Positions 45,963-59,815 of a DNA stretch of 64,000 bases are shown here, piece after piece. The DNA is from Amoebidium appalachense (lineage: Eukaryota; Protista; Ichthyosporea): the NCBI GenBank assembly GCA_963693365.1, contig CAVNZM010000014.1, positions 5,766,001-5,830,000 on the forward strand, given 5' to 3'. The first letter of the stretch is position 1. Each line of letters begins with the position of its first letter. The notes under the pieces are model-generated. The model was given only the letters and a program-made list of their open reading frames with translations, had not been told where the DNA came from and did not search any database. Made by a program: the position numbers and the translations under genes.

Positions 45963-47102
45963 GGGAGGGAGGAAGGGGGGGGGAGAAGGGGGGGGGGGGG
46001 GGGGGGAGAAGGGGGAATATCAGGGGGGCGATGGGGTGTGTGTGTGTGTGTGTGTGTGTGTCCGACTGTGTCGGAGGGGGGGTTGTGTGTGAGGGGGAGG
46101 GGGGGGGGTTGAGGGGGTTTGTGTGTGTTTTTTTTGGGAGGGGAGGGGGGCGGGCGGGAAGGGGGGGAGGGGGTTGTGTGTGGGTGGGTGTGTGTGTGTT
46201 GAGGGGGGGGGGGGGGATGGTGGGGCGCTGGACGGGCAGAGGGGGGACTAAGGAAGGGGAAAGGGGAGGAGGGGGGCGGGAGGGGGGGGGGGGGTGGCCG
46301 AGGGATGGCTCGAAGTGTGCGTGCTCGGGCATGTTTGTATGGCTTTGTCTGTGCGCATGCTATCCTTTTCTCTTTGAGTGTGTTGGCGGGTGGAAGAAGG
46401 AGGGGGGGAGGGGAGAGGGGGAAAGGTGTGGAGACGGATGTGTGTGAACTGGGTTGAAACCGACAATGCAAAAGCAAGAGGGATGGTGGGTACGTTCTGC
46501 AGGGTGAAAGGTTACAGGGGTAAACCGAATTCGACATCACGTAGGTTTCGGCTGTAGTAAACTGGAATCTTATTTCCAAACCCAATTAGCCCCATGGGGG
46601 AAATTAAGAATGAATCTGAATTTGTATAAATGCCGTGGGGGCTAGCCAGTATAATCTTTCCAAAGTATTAAGTTTTAGGCCACCCCTGTAAGCCCCATGT
46701 GAAGGCCGAATTGACCAGTTTGGTTTTTTGGCACACACAGACAAGGAGGTGGATGCAAATGTGGTCAAGGATTTAAAAAAGAGAAAACTCGTCGAGACAA
46801 TGTACGTGTCTGTTCCTCCCCCCCCTCCCCCCCCCCCCCCCCCCCCCCCCCTGGTTTGTCCGAAGCCCCCTTTAAATTGTGTGATTTTGGGTTTCCCACT
46901 TTTGTGACGCTTTGTTGTTGCTCTTTGTTGTCTCCTCCATATTTCCAACCCTCTAACGCATACATCACCCCCCCCTTCCCCCCTCCGCCTCCCACCCGCC
47001 CCCGCCCCTGCCCCCGTCCCCTGAAGATAGGCTCTTCTCATTATGCATTACTTTTCCTGTGTGCTTTGCAGGTCTGCGTTGTGTCAATCGTCGTACTTTA
47101 CT

Positions 47103-47136
<34 letters not shown>

Positions 47137-48243
47137 TCCAAAAAAAAAAAAAAAAAAAAAAAAAAAGGAAAAGAAAAAAGAAAAAAAAGAAAAGAAAAGA
47201 GAAAGGAAAGAAGAAAGATGAAAAATGGACTCTGCATTGTGTTATCCGTCGTGAGCGTGTACTTTGTAATCCATACTAATGTGTATCCACGAGCCATAAT
47301 CACCTCAGCGAATCGCTGATCAGAACCCCCTATAACCGTATATCTCCAGAACGCAAAAACTTAGCTTTTTCCAATGATATCATTGGTTTGGCGATAGCGC
47401 GCGACCACAAAGACTTCATACATGAATAATTGGTTTTTTACTATGCACAGATCGGCTTAATGCTGGCTCTCGCTGACCCGCCGCTTGCCGGCTGATCTCG
47501 CACTGATAAGCCAGCTCCAAGAAACACTAATCAAATGTTTGAAATGCATCGCTATCACCCATTGGAATGTGACGTAATCTTTACATAATTAACATTGCTC
47601 CGCAAGCAAAATTTAAAATAATCATTTTTGTTTACAATAGTATATAGTTAACATTCAAATAATACTTCAATATATATGTTTGTCTTATTTTTTGTAGACA
47701 CGTTGTTATTAGCTCCAAAATGTCGGTGTATACAGCGTCAGCTTTTTTGAAGCAATGTCGATTCATGATCACGGGCTCCATCGATTGGCTCAATCTTGAC
47801 AGCATAACCTTGGATGATCTTCCGCTACAGCCGCGCATCGATTGGTGGAATAAAACCAGTCGGGTGCGCAACCGATTTACTAATAGAAAATCATGTCTGT
47901 AATACATGAACTAAAAAAAAATATATGTTTGCCTAGCCAAAAATGAACTTGAAGCTAAAACAAAGTTTTTCCAGCTTACCTCTGCAGTTTCGTCATTTTA
48001 GTAGTAGTACTTGGAGCTCTAATAGTAGCAAAAAACAGGGGTGCATATGGGTCGTGGATACACATTAACATCCCCTCAAACTCAGACGCAATTGATGACT
48101 TGGGCCCTCCCTGAGGATGGGCTCTGCTTATGACGCATACTGTGCGCATGGCTGATGCTGCATAGTTGAATGTTTGCCTTTGCATGTGTCCTGCACCATG
48201 CTTCTCATCGTGTATGCGTACTTCGTACTGTGTTCCGCATTCA

Positions 48244-48278
<35 letters not shown>

Positions 48279-48775
48279 ATATTTTTCTTACTTCTGCTTA
48301 CTGCTGCAACTTTAACCCCCGGCCTTTCCCACTGCCCTTGCCTGCATAAGAAACCCTGCTCGTCTCTGATCAAGACGGGTGACCTACCCATGTTTAGGTG
48401 AAACAGTATCTGAGTTGGGTTTCGTTAACGAGGTGAATAGGTCGAAACTCGGGTACTGTGGATGACGTGGGCCCCCCCTGATGGGCTCTGCTTATTATGC
48501 ATACTCTTTCTGTATGGCTTGCATTCTGCATCGTGTTATCCGTTTGTTCTTGTGTACTTCGTACTTTTTGACGCATTCAACCCCCCCCCCCCCCCCCCCC
48601 CCCCCCCTCCTTTTTTTTTTTTTTTTTTTTTTTTTTGCTTTCCCCCCCCCTCCCCCCCCCCCCCCCATTTTAGTGTGCGCAAGTCGTTCAAGGTGACCAA
48701 GGGGCCCAAATTCACGACCAAACTTGAAAAGCTCGAGACAGACCTGACCGCAGACCTCATTGCAAGGTGCAGATC

Positions 48776-48808
<33 letters not shown>

Positions 48809-48867
48809 AGACGCATGCGCGCTCACACGCACACACGCACGCACGCACCCGCGCGCGCACACACGCA

Positions 48868-48900
<33 letters not shown>

Positions 48901-49455
48901 CAACCACCAAAAAAACGTGTAAAAAAAGAAGGATGACACTTACGATCCCACAACGTGAAGAAGGGGGGGGAGGGGGAGGGGGAGTGGAACGAAAAAAGAA
49001 AAAGACTGATTTCTACCACTACCCACCAACCCTCACCCGTTCTTACCCCACCAACCAATGTGGTTGGTGGGGATGAGATGCCGGGTTTGAGACGTGATAT
49101 TGGGAACAAGAATATGAAGAAGAAAAAAATAAGCGTTTTTTTTTGGGGGGGGGGGAGGGAGGGCGTTTGTGTGTAGCTGATCGTGAGCCATACATGTTCA
49201 TGTGAGTGACCGAGATATGTGTCTGTGGAGCAGGGGGAGGGGGGGGGGGGGGGGGGGGAGGGAGGGGGGTTTGTGTGTACCTGATTGTAAGTAATGCGCG
49301 TTGCCTGATCGGGGTATGTGTGTGTTTACAGTGGGGAGTGGAAGAACAAGCAGTTCAAGCCCTACAATTTCAACGCCCTGGGGGTGCAGCCAAACGCTGG
49401 CCACCTTCACCCACTCTTAAAGGTTTGCCCCCCTCCCCCCCCCCCCCCCTCCCCC

Positions 49456-49490
<35 letters not shown>

Positions 49491-49847
49491 TTTTGGCCCT
49501 CCCTGAGGATGGGCTCTGCTTATGACACATCCTGTGCGCATTGCTGATGTTGCACACTTGAATGTTTGCCTTTGCATGTGTCCTGCACCATGCTTCTCAT
49601 CGTGTATATGTACTTCATACCGTGTTCCGCATTCAACCCCCTCCCCCCCCCCCCCCCCCAACCCCCCCCCCACCCGCCCCCACGTGCGCTACCTCCCCCC
49701 TTGCTTATCGTGAATTCCCCTGAATTTAGGAGATATGCATGTGAGTGCATGTGTGTTTGTGTGTATGGGTATGTGTGTAGATGTGTGTGGGTGTGGGTGT
49801 GGGTGTGTGCATGTATGTGTTATGTGTGTGTATGCGTGTTTGTGTGT

Positions 49848-49910
<63 letters not shown>

Positions 49911-50448
49911 TGTTCCTTCATTTGTTCAAAAAACGTTTTGTGCATGGCAGTGTACATGCTACTGTGTTTGCATCAAGTCACACCCGGTGATTTTGAACTT
50001 CATAATGTGCACTGTGCCCCCCTTCCCCCCCCCCCCCCCCCTCCCCCCTCCCCTTAACCACCACCACCACTCCCTTCTCCCGATAGAGGTCGATTTCCAC
50101 GTAAGGGCATGCCCCCCCCCCCCTCCCCCTCTCCCCCTTCCCCCCTTCCCTCAACACACACACACACACACAAAAAAAACAAACAAACAAACAACAATAA
50201 GTTAAAATGACATGGAAAAGTAAACAAGTAAATAGAATAAAAGAGCGGCCTACAAAGGAGATTATTGACACGATTGGCGTCTTTATCGACGTGTGCAGGT
50301 GCGTGCGGAATTCCGAGCCATCTTCCTTGAGATGGGGTTTGTGGAGATGCCCACCAACAACTTTGTCGAAAGTAGCTTCTGGAACTTCGATGCTCTCTTC
50401 CAGCCCCAACAGCACCCGGCTAGAGACAGCCACGACACCTTCTTTATC

Positions 50449-50483
<35 letters not shown>

Positions 50484-50689
50484 GGGGGGGGGGGGGGGGG
50501 GGTTTGAGGGTGGGAGGGGGGAGAGGGGGTGGGTGTGTGGTGGTTAGTGGGGGGGGGGTGGAGTGGGTGGGTGGGTGGGGGGGAGGGGGTGAAGGGGGGT
50601 GTTTGGGCTTTTGGGTGTGTGTGTGAATGGGTCGTTGGGTGGGTGGGGGGGTTGTTTGTGTGTGTGTGTGTGTGTGTGGTGGTGGTGGT

Positions 50690-50723
<34 letters not shown>

Positions 50724-51134
50724 AATACAAAGCTGTGGTGGGTGTGCTTGTCTGTGTTTGTGCTTGCAGAAGTATTATCGAGAAAAACCGGGGGGGGGGG
50801 GGGGGGGGGGGGGATGAGGGAGAGGGGATGGGGGGGGGGGGGGGGGGGGGGAGGGGTTAGTGGTGGATTTAGCTGTTGAGGGGAAGGTGGATATGTGGGG
50901 CTATAATCCCATTGCCCGCGTCAAGTCGACTGCCAGGCTGCCATCTGGTTTGTCGGCCGCAGCGGGCACACAGCAGTGCTGCGTGGTGATTGGTCGGGGC
51001 CAGCCAATCATGGCCGTGCCCGGATACTGCAGGCGCATATTTGCACGTGGGGATAGGAGGAGACACTGTGTGCCCGGATACTGCAGGCACATATTTGCAC
51101 GTGGGGATAGGAGGGGACACCGTATGTGTGTGTG

Positions 51135-51166
<32 letters not shown>

Positions 51167-51843
51167 CCCCATGAGGGGGGGAGGGGAAGGGGGAGGGGGG
51201 AGGGGTAAAGAGAAAGAGGTTTGAGGGAAGGGTTGGAGTGTTGTTTGTGTGGGTGGTGGTGGTGATGATGTGGATTCAGGTGGAGGGGTTTTGGGACGAG
51301 TTGTGCGTGCGTGTGTGCGTGCGTCATGTGTGGGTGTGTTTGTGTCTCTCTCCCTCTCTCTGTGTGTGCTGTGTGGGGAGAAAGTATATGATAGAGCACA
51401 TATCTCTAACTGTGTGTCTGTCTGTAGACCCCGAGAACTGCCTCACGCTACCTGAGGAGGCGTACGTGGAGGTGGTCAAGAACACACACCAGACGGGTGG
51501 GGGGTTCGGCTCAATCGGGTAGGTGTCCCTGCTTCCATGCTTGTGCTTGTGCACGTGCATGGGTGTATGCACAGACACATAAACATTTATATGTGACGCA
51601 TGTCCCTGCTTGCATGCACACATACACGCACACACACACAAATACACACACACACACACACACACACACACCCCTACTTGCATGGACACACACACACCTA
51701 CTTGCATACACACACACACCTACTTGCACACATACACGCACACACACACAAATACACACACACACACACACACACACACACCCCTACTTGCATGCACACA
51801 CACACACCTACTTGCACACACACACACACACACCTACTTGCAT

Positions 51844-51891
<48 letters not shown>

Positions 51892-51933
51892 GCTTGCATG
51901 CATGCACACACACACCATGTTTCGACACTAACA

Positions 51934-51967
<34 letters not shown>

Positions 51968-52134
51968 AGCTACCGGTACGACTGGAAGCTCGAGGAGGGC
52001 AAAAAGAACATTCTGCGCACACACACCACGGCAGTCAGTGCACGCATGCTCAAGAAGCTGGCCGATGAGGTACGTGTGTGGGTGGGTGGGTGCGCGCGCG
52101 CGCGCGCGCGAGTGTGTGTGTGTGTGTGGTGGGA

Positions 52135-52174
<40 letters not shown>

Positions 52175-52232
52175 GTGGGACATGTGTGTGTGTGGTGGGA
52201 CATGTGTGTGTGTGTGTGTGTGTGTGTGGTGG

Positions 52233-52301
<69 letters not shown>

Positions 52302-52344
52302 TGGTGGGATGTGTGTGTGTGTGTGTGTGCGTGTGTGTGGTGGG

Positions 52345-52375
<31 letters not shown>

Positions 52376-52380
52376 GTGGG

Positions 52381-52449
<69 letters not shown>

Positions 52450-52667
52450 CGCGCGCGCGCGTGTGTGTGTGCATGTGTGTGCATGTGTGTGTGTGTGTGG
52501 TGGGACACATGCGCGCACCCGGGCGCGGGTGTACACATGCACAGGTACACTGACACGTACACACATGCACATACGCACGCAAACATGCCAACTCACATGC
52601 TTTACTTATGTGTGTCGGTGGCATATCCTATTGTTTTTAGATGGAGAGTTGTGGTGGTGGTGGTGGT

Positions 52668-52712
<45 letters not shown>

Positions 52713-53049
52713 GGGGGAGGGGGGGGGGGGGGGGGGGGGAGGGGAAGGGGGGGGGGGGGGGAGGGATTCCGGCTTGCCCGCGTCAAGTCGACTGCCAGGC
52801 TGCCATCTGGTTTGTCGGCCGCAGCGGGCACACAGCAGTGCTGCGTGGTGATTGGTCGGGGCCAGCTAATCATGGCCGTGCCCTGATACTGCAGGCGCAT
52901 ATTTGCACGTGGGGATGGGAGGAGACAAACTGTCTGTGTGTGTGTGCATGTGGAGACAGGGAGATACCGAGGGGGTAGAGATTTTTTGTGAGTGAAGAGG
53001 GACGAAGGTGGGGGGGGCACAAACAGACGTGGTACGTTGCACACAACCA

Positions 53050-53107
<58 letters not shown>

Positions 53108-53671
53108 TATACAATTCTACACACACGCACACGCACACACACCTGCCGGCACACATCTACAAACACATCCCCCCCCCCCCCCCCCCTCCCCGCCTGCCCG
53201 CCCGCCCCCAAAAGGGATGGACTTTACTTATGTTGCATACTGCACACCCTGCTGATGTTGCTTACTGAATTAAATCTTTGCTTTTGCCTGTGTCCTGCAC
53301 CGTGTTCCTTATCGTGTAGTTGTACTTCGTACAGTGTTCCGTATTCTAAACCCCCCCCCCCTCCCCCCCCCCCCAAACACACACACACACACACACACAT
53401 ACACAAGCACCCACACACCACACACCACACACACACACATCTAACACAGACACATCTACACACACACACACGTATCTACACACACACACACACACAGAAA
53501 CCGTTCAAGCCCGCCAAGTACTTCAGCATTGACCGTGTGTTCCGCAACGAAACCTTGGACGCCACCCACCTTGCCGAATTTCACCAGATCGAGGGTGTGA
53601 TTGCCGATTACAACCTGACCCTGGGCGATCTGATCGGGGTGCTCAACCAGTTCTTCTCAAAGTCCCTCGGT

Positions 53672-53763
<92 letters not shown>

Positions 53764-54738
53764 TGGGATGTGTGTGTGCGGGTGTGGGTGTGGGTGGGTG
53801 GGGGTGAGGGTGGGGATGGGTGGGTGGGTGAGTGGGCCGTATGAGCATGGGTGTGGGTGGGCATGTTTGCGCTGAAAGGAAGATGGGGGGAGGGGAGAGG
53901 GGGTTAATTCCCTTGACGTTTGGGGGGGCATTCTTAGCTTTTGCTTGTTTTCTCCCATTCCCGCTAGAAAAAAAGGAAAAAAGACTTGCACAAGGTGGTT
54001 CGTGTGATTGGTTTTGTCCGAGGGTTTTAATGTGGTACCACCACGCAAATAATGGAAACGGGCTCTCAGATAATCCTGTCTAATCACAAAGCAACTCTAA
54101 TTTTGTTTGTCCTATCTTCGCTTAAAAGTCTTCTAACGTGATTTGGGACCAATCAGGCATCAAGAAGCTGCGCTTCAAGCCGGCATACAACCCATACACT
54201 GAGCCCAGCATGGAGATCTTCAGTTACCACGAGGGTACGTGAACACGTGCTCATCACGTGCACAATCACGTGCATGCGCGCAGCTGAACATCACACCATG
54301 TCGATACGGTTTGAAGGTCACAAATGTACCCGGCGGTTGGTAGAAGTACAAAAAAATATACACAGACGTATGCTCGCACACGTTTGCTTATACACACACA
54401 TGCTCACGTGCACATTTGCGTGCGTGTACATGCGCGCACGCACACGCACACGCACACGCACACGCACACGCACACGCACACACATACACACATGCGCGCG
54501 CGTACACACACGCACACACACACACACACACACCGCGGCCTGGTAATGATCCGGTAGTTGCTGATTTGGAAAAAAAAAAGTTCTTTCAGTCGAAATTTAT
54601 GAGGGGCCTCTACAAGTCGTAGTTGATACGAACCCCCAAAATGCAAACAAGAAATTCTGACAGTACGAATTTGGGGTGACACGGGTACATGCTGCCAGAC
54701 GCTCGGACCCTAGGAACCCCTGAAGTGCAGACATAGAC

Positions 54739-54781
<43 letters not shown>

Positions 54782-54980
54782 ACCACACACACACACACAC
54801 ACACACACACTGACCTACAACACACACAAACACACACACACACACACACACGCGCGCCGCAGGGCTGGGCAAGTGGGTGGAGATAGGCAACAGCGGGATG
54901 TTCCGACCCGAGATGTTGGAGCCCATGGGTCTGCCGAAAGATGTGTCTGTCATTGCTTGGGGTCTCTCCCTGGAAAGGTA

Positions 54981-55012
<32 letters not shown>

Positions 55013-55024
55013 CCCCCCCCCCTC

Positions 55025-55065
<41 letters not shown>

Positions 55066-55071
55066 TCTCTG

Positions 55072-55121
<50 letters not shown>

Positions 55122-55199
55122 CCTCTCCCGCTCCCGCTCCCACTCCCTCTCCCTCTTTCTCTCTCTCTCCATCTCTCTCGCTCTCTCTCTCTCTCTCTC

Positions 55200-55245
<46 letters not shown>

Positions 55246-55366
55246 ACACACACACACAAACACACACCCACATGTGTGTACATGCGTGCGTGGCCGCTCG
55301 CGCGCGCGCGCACACACACACACACATGTGCGCGCACACAGGCGTACATGGCACAGGCGCACACAC

Positions 55367-55459
<93 letters not shown>

Positions 55460-55653
55460 ACACACTTGCACACCGTTTACATACCTTGTGTGGGAAGTCT
55501 CCGGCTTGGTGGACACAAACATGTGCATGACGCCAGAGGCAAATGGTGGTTGCATGCACACACATGCATGCAGCCGACCCGCACGAAACACACCAGCGTC
55601 AACCTAAATCACCCTCCATTCGGCTCCTCCCTTCTTTTTGGTTTTATTTTTGT

Positions 55654-55687
<34 letters not shown>

Positions 55688-55699
55688 TGCGTGCGTGTG

Positions 55700-55735
<36 letters not shown>

Positions 55736-56164
55736 TGTGTGTGTGCGTGTGTGCGTGCATGCGTGCGTGTGTTGTTGTTGTTGTTTTGGGGGGGAGGGGG
55801 AAGGGGGTCCTAATATGTATTGGCCTTTTCAGGTTGCAAAGATTTTTTTTATTTTTTTTTGTACAATATATGCCGTTTGGTGCAATCCATTCTCGGAATA
55901 CCCTGTGTGCTCGCAAAATCGAAAAAAATTATGTATGGACCAATTATATTCGCGCGATCGCACGATTAGCCAAATATAGAAATTCGGGCGGGAAGTTTTT
56001 GCGCGCCAAAAAAAAAGTTTTTATAAATAGGTAGGAATATATATATATATATATATATGTATATATTTGTGTTTTTGTTTTGTCTGTCGTGCATATGATG
56101 TACTTGGTCCTCTGTAACACATGCTAACTCCTCCCCACCCCCCCCCCCCCCCCCCCCCCCCTCT

Positions 56165-56259
<95 letters not shown>

Positions 56260-56369
56260 GGCCGACGATGATCAAGTACAAGATCGACAACATCCGTGAG
56301 TTGGTGGGCCACAAGGTGAACCTCGAGATGGTCTACAACAACCCCCTGTGCAGACTGCTCAAGGAGTAG
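43449..56369 (+). CDS. FARSA: Cytosolic phenylalanyl-tRNA synthetase alpha subunit, 13 exons: 43449-43587, 44807-44946, 45773-45923, 46741-46801, 48674-48766, 49332-49422, 50299-50452, 51428-51518, 51970-52069, 53498-53669, 54157-54234, 54863-54977, 56261-56369
   Basis: Motifs [120 protein letters not shown]. All 12 introns are GT-AG and in phase. Confidence 0.97.
45113..45234 (+). mobile_element. Poly(C)-terminated repeat, subfamily B, 5'-truncated (FARSA intron 2)
   Basis: GATGACGTGGGCCCCCCCTGAGGATGGG...GACGCATTCAG then a C-run; matches 31489-31623 (reverse complement) and 48461-48580. Confidence 0.75.
47018..47103 (+). mobile_element. Degenerate copy of the poly(C)-terminated repeat (FARSA intron 4)
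   Basis: CCCCTGAAGATAGGCTCTTCTCATTATGCAT...CGTACTTT then a C-run; aligns by eye to subfamily B. Confidence 0.5.
48078..48580 (+). mobile_element. Two copies of the poly(C)-terminated repeat: 48078-48245 (A) and ~48336-48580 (B), FARSA intron 4
   Basis: Both end CGCATTCAA(A) followed by a C-run; high identity to other copies. Confidence 0.75.
49495..49636 (+). mobile_element. Poly(C)-terminated repeat, subfamily A, 5'-truncated (FARSA intron 6)
   Basis: GGCCCTCCCTGAGGATGGG...CCGCATTCAA between two C-runs. Confidence 0.75.
50912..51123 (+). repeat. Second dispersed repeat (~155 bp), copy 1, with a tandem duplication of its last ~53 bp (FARSA intron 7)
   Basis: TTGCCCGCGTCAAGTCGACTGCC...GCACGTGGGGAT is near-identical to 52774-52927. 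Confidence 0.85.
52774..52927 (+). repeat. Second dispersed repeat, copy 2 (FARSA intron 9)
   Basis: Near-identical to 50912-51066. Confidence 0.85.
53215..53350 (+). mobile_element. Degenerate poly(C)-terminated repeat (FARSA intron 9), closest to the 15186-15300 copy
   Basis: CTTATGTTGCATACTGC...TGTGTCCTGCACCGTGTT...TCCGTATTCTAAA between C-runs. Confidence 0.65.
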
Positions 56370-58033
56370 ACACACACACACACACACCAACACACACACG
56401 CACACACACACACACACACACGGCATACTACACGTTTTCAGACTTGAAATCTTGTATGTAGTTGAGTTAGTTGCTCGCTCAATAATTTAACTAGAAACCC
56501 ATTCTCACCATTTTCGGTTCCGCACACACCCACACACCTACTCACCCAAACCCACACTTTCATTTCCACCCAACTAAGTCACCTGCTCTCAAGGGAACAT
56601 GAGGACCAGATTGCAGCCGTAAACGGAGATCTATTTCTCAGGAATTACAGCCACGAGCACACAGGCAGTGCCTGTCCCAGACTTGGCGCTCGGCTGTACG
56701 TTTTTAGGGTGGTGCGCCCTAGGCACACCTGATTGATAAAGTAAATTAAAAATGTTGTTAACTGCAAGAGCATGTGCAGTGAGAGATGAAAAAAACTACT
56801 CAGGCTGTGTAGTTGAGTATAGCTCACCTCGTGAATACGGTGTTGCCGAACCCAAAAATCACGTACTAGCATGTTTCGCTTCTATTGCTGTGATGTGTGC
56901 GCTCGTTGACGTTCGCCCGTGACCTTATACATGATGATTCTTTGACGAGTCACGCCCATGCATGCGCATGGGTACTTGCATGTATATGTAGGTACAGATC
57001 AGGCTGCGTGCATTGCTCGAGATCTGCCTCTAAACATCAGTCACATCACTGAGCTACAGTAAAAACTGAACATCGCACTGACATTTAAAACTGAACACCG
57101 ATCGAGCATGGCCTAGGGCCGGCCATTAGCAATTGTGCATTCTCGATATATCAATTGGACTTTGGCTTTTATGGCCTTGTTGACTTTGACATTAGTGCGT
57201 ATATACACCAAAACTTCTATGATCATGATAGACGATTGGGTTGCGGGAGAAGAGAGAAGAAAACCTTAGCCGGAGATTTCATTCAAAATGATCGAGACGT
57301 GGCCCTACAGTAGACGTGGCCCTGTCATGACAGGCTGTTTTTTATGAGCGATGCCTCATTCACGGCCACTGTCATCATATTCATGCATGCACTTACGATT
57401 TCGCACATGATCATATCGACGGGGAACGTCAAGACCTTCTATATGTTAGCATATAGAAGGCCTTGGGGAATGTTCTATTTGTTACCGACTTGGAAGTGAG
57501 CTGATGGATCGAGCTCAGCTTGCAGCCCCGAATGTGCTGGGCCATAACGACAGGCATCATGGGTTAAATCTCGGCCGGTTGTATGCCACTTTCATGACGG
57601 CAGCAAAGCTGCAGCGCACGACGGCTAAAACGCAATTTCTGTGTTAAGGCATCAAACAAGTCATACCATGAAGTGCACAGTGACACGATGCAATCACGTT
57701 GACATCTTTTGGACCCGCGAAGAAAGACTAGGACTACGTTTGTTTTATCTGAAGAAGAGTAATAAAACGGGATAACACAAAGGCAACTCGGAACTCGGAA
57801 CAGAACGTGTAAGAAGAGAGCAAAATTTTATTACCTTCAGTTCCTTCCGTGGTAACAACCACACCAAGGACGTACATTTTTGCCGAAAGAGAGGGTGCGT
57901 TCCAGACGCAAGCTCCAAGGCACATCATTCGCGTATTCAACGTAACAGGTATCACCTACCAGTGGGGTAGAAATGGTCACAGACCTTCGCGTATCTAGCA
58001 CACATCCAACCAACTAAGTTTAACATTTTCCGT

Positions 58034-58462
58034 TTACATAAGAACACCAACAAGGTTCTCGGTGCGTGACCGAAGCGTCGACCTCCTGACCTTGTCCCAG
58101 TTGGCAACAGCAACACCACTTGGGCTTCCCATCTGGCTGGCAACGATAACGGAACCTCCGTTTGAAGACACCAGTTCGCTGGGGATTTTCACCGCTTCGC
58201 ACAGGTTGGAGATGTGTGATTTTACGCCGAGGGCAGCGCAGTCTGAGCAGGGCTCAAAGGAGCCTGGGCCACCCGTTGTGGAAACGACCCAGTGTTGTGC
58301 ACATGGTGGTGCAACCGAAAGCCCTCTAGGCACGACAGCCAGACCAGCGTGTATAGAGTCGGGGTCAACCATGTAAAAGTCGCAGTTGCTTGCGTCAAAC
58401 TCGGCAAATGCGCTCATGTTGTCAATGGAAATGACGCGGTGGCGGAAGGAGCGGGGAGCCAT
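58034..58462 (-). CDS. Hypothetical 142-aa intronless protein (MAPRSFRHRV...)
   Basis: ATG in ACAAAATGG context, non-repetitive ORF, TATA-like box about 120 nt upstream; no domain recognised. Confidence 0.55.
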   Translation of the reverse strand: MAPRSFRHRVISIDNMSAFAEFDASNCDFYMVDPDSIHAGLAVVPRGLSVAPPCAQHWVVSTTGGPGSFEPCSDCAALGVKSHISNLCEAVKIPSELVSSNGGSVIVASQMGSPSGVAVANWDKVRRSTLRSRTENLVGVLM

Positions 58463-58580
58463 TTTGTCTTTTTGCGTTGCAGAGGTTGTGTCACAGAACG
58501 AGAATAAGCTATAAAGCGTCTTGTCGCCTTTGATTCCAGGGGAGTGAACAGAACTCAAACCAACTAGCTGATTCCCTTTC

Positions 58581-58588
58581 TTTATATA
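58581..58588 (-). promoter_or_regulatory. Candidate TATA box (TATATAAA) for the 142-aa ORF
   Basis: Consensus match at a plausible distance; no functional evidence. Confidence 0.35.
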
Positions 58589-59815
58589 CCAACGGTAAAC
58601 ATTTGATCGAGTATAAGCTTGCTGTGATTTACAACGAATTAAGACGGGCTAGATGGCTCATTATATGTCTGAAAATCTACGATAATCAATAACACCAATC
58701 AGAAATGGGGTGGTGGGGAATTGATATTGCCATCTCGTTACAGAAAATGCACAAATGCATTTTGATTGGCTCGCACCCATAGCCTATGAGCTCATCGTCA
58801 CGAAAAGAGAACCATGACAGACCTTGACAAGGAAAGCATCGAATCAAAACAAAGATAAAAAAGGTACGAACTACCAATCATACGTGTAATAAATACAAGC
58901 GGCGTCGTTCCGATTTGATGCAAATGCAGGGCTCTTCAACCTAGACGCACGGTAAACAACACGAATATCAAAACAGACAGAAAGGTATTATAAACATCGA
59001 ATACCCCTTTGTGTTTTGGAAGTATATATATACGAATATAATATTTAAATCATTAGCAGTCGGATATATGGAAGTACTCTGAATTTATATCATGAAAGCT
59101 AGTAGCTTAGTAAATCTTGCTTAATAACTTACACAAAGGCCCCCCCACCGTAATCTAGGGAGGAGACTGGGCAGTTACGTGATCACATGCGCACGATCAC
59201 AGCCATTCACAGGCCAAAAGGATTGCAACAGAAGACTTGGAAAACAGACGACTAACAAAAAGATAGCTTTGTGTAGTTAAAGAAAAATAAAAAGTATAGT
59301 GTTTAATGGGTTTTTTTTGTCTCGAATGCTTTAAATACCGCGTTTTCATCACATGAAAAGGAGTCATCAACCCAAACACGCCCTCCGGTACATCAGATTG
59401 TTGGGAACCATGCGGTGATTGGCTACAGCCTACCCAGTTGACGTGATATGACTTCGTGGGGACATGTGACATCTTAACAGCGATTGGTGTATATTCGGTG
59501 GTATAGGTGCATGATACAAACGTACAATATATTAGCCTTGGAATATTGCACAATACGTGTAGTGACAAAACAGCTCTTCTATTCGTAGTCAAAATATCTT
59601 GAAATTTGTTTTAAGAACCTTTATTGTCATTTTTAGTGTTTTGTGGTCTTTCCGATCATTATAAAGAAAACAGCAAAGTCCAATAAAAGTATTGATTTGA
59701 TAACGCTTTAAATAGCAAATCAGAGCGTTTCAATATTATTGTAATCTTTTGGCTTTTTCTCATGCATGATATGAGTTGCAGATGTTAGGGCTTGAAAAGC
59801 CCGCTACTTTAATAA

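Noticed and set aside
47320-47900. AT-rich block in FARSA intron 4, possibly a DNA transposon remnant (..PRIDWW..)
   Set aside because: No TIR pair, TSD or convincing transposase motif found.
51610-52510. CRISPR-like periodic repeats (CCTACTTGCA, GGTGGGACAT)
   Set aside because: Spacers are pure dinucleotide repeats in eukaryotic introns; these are minisatellites and no cas genes are present.
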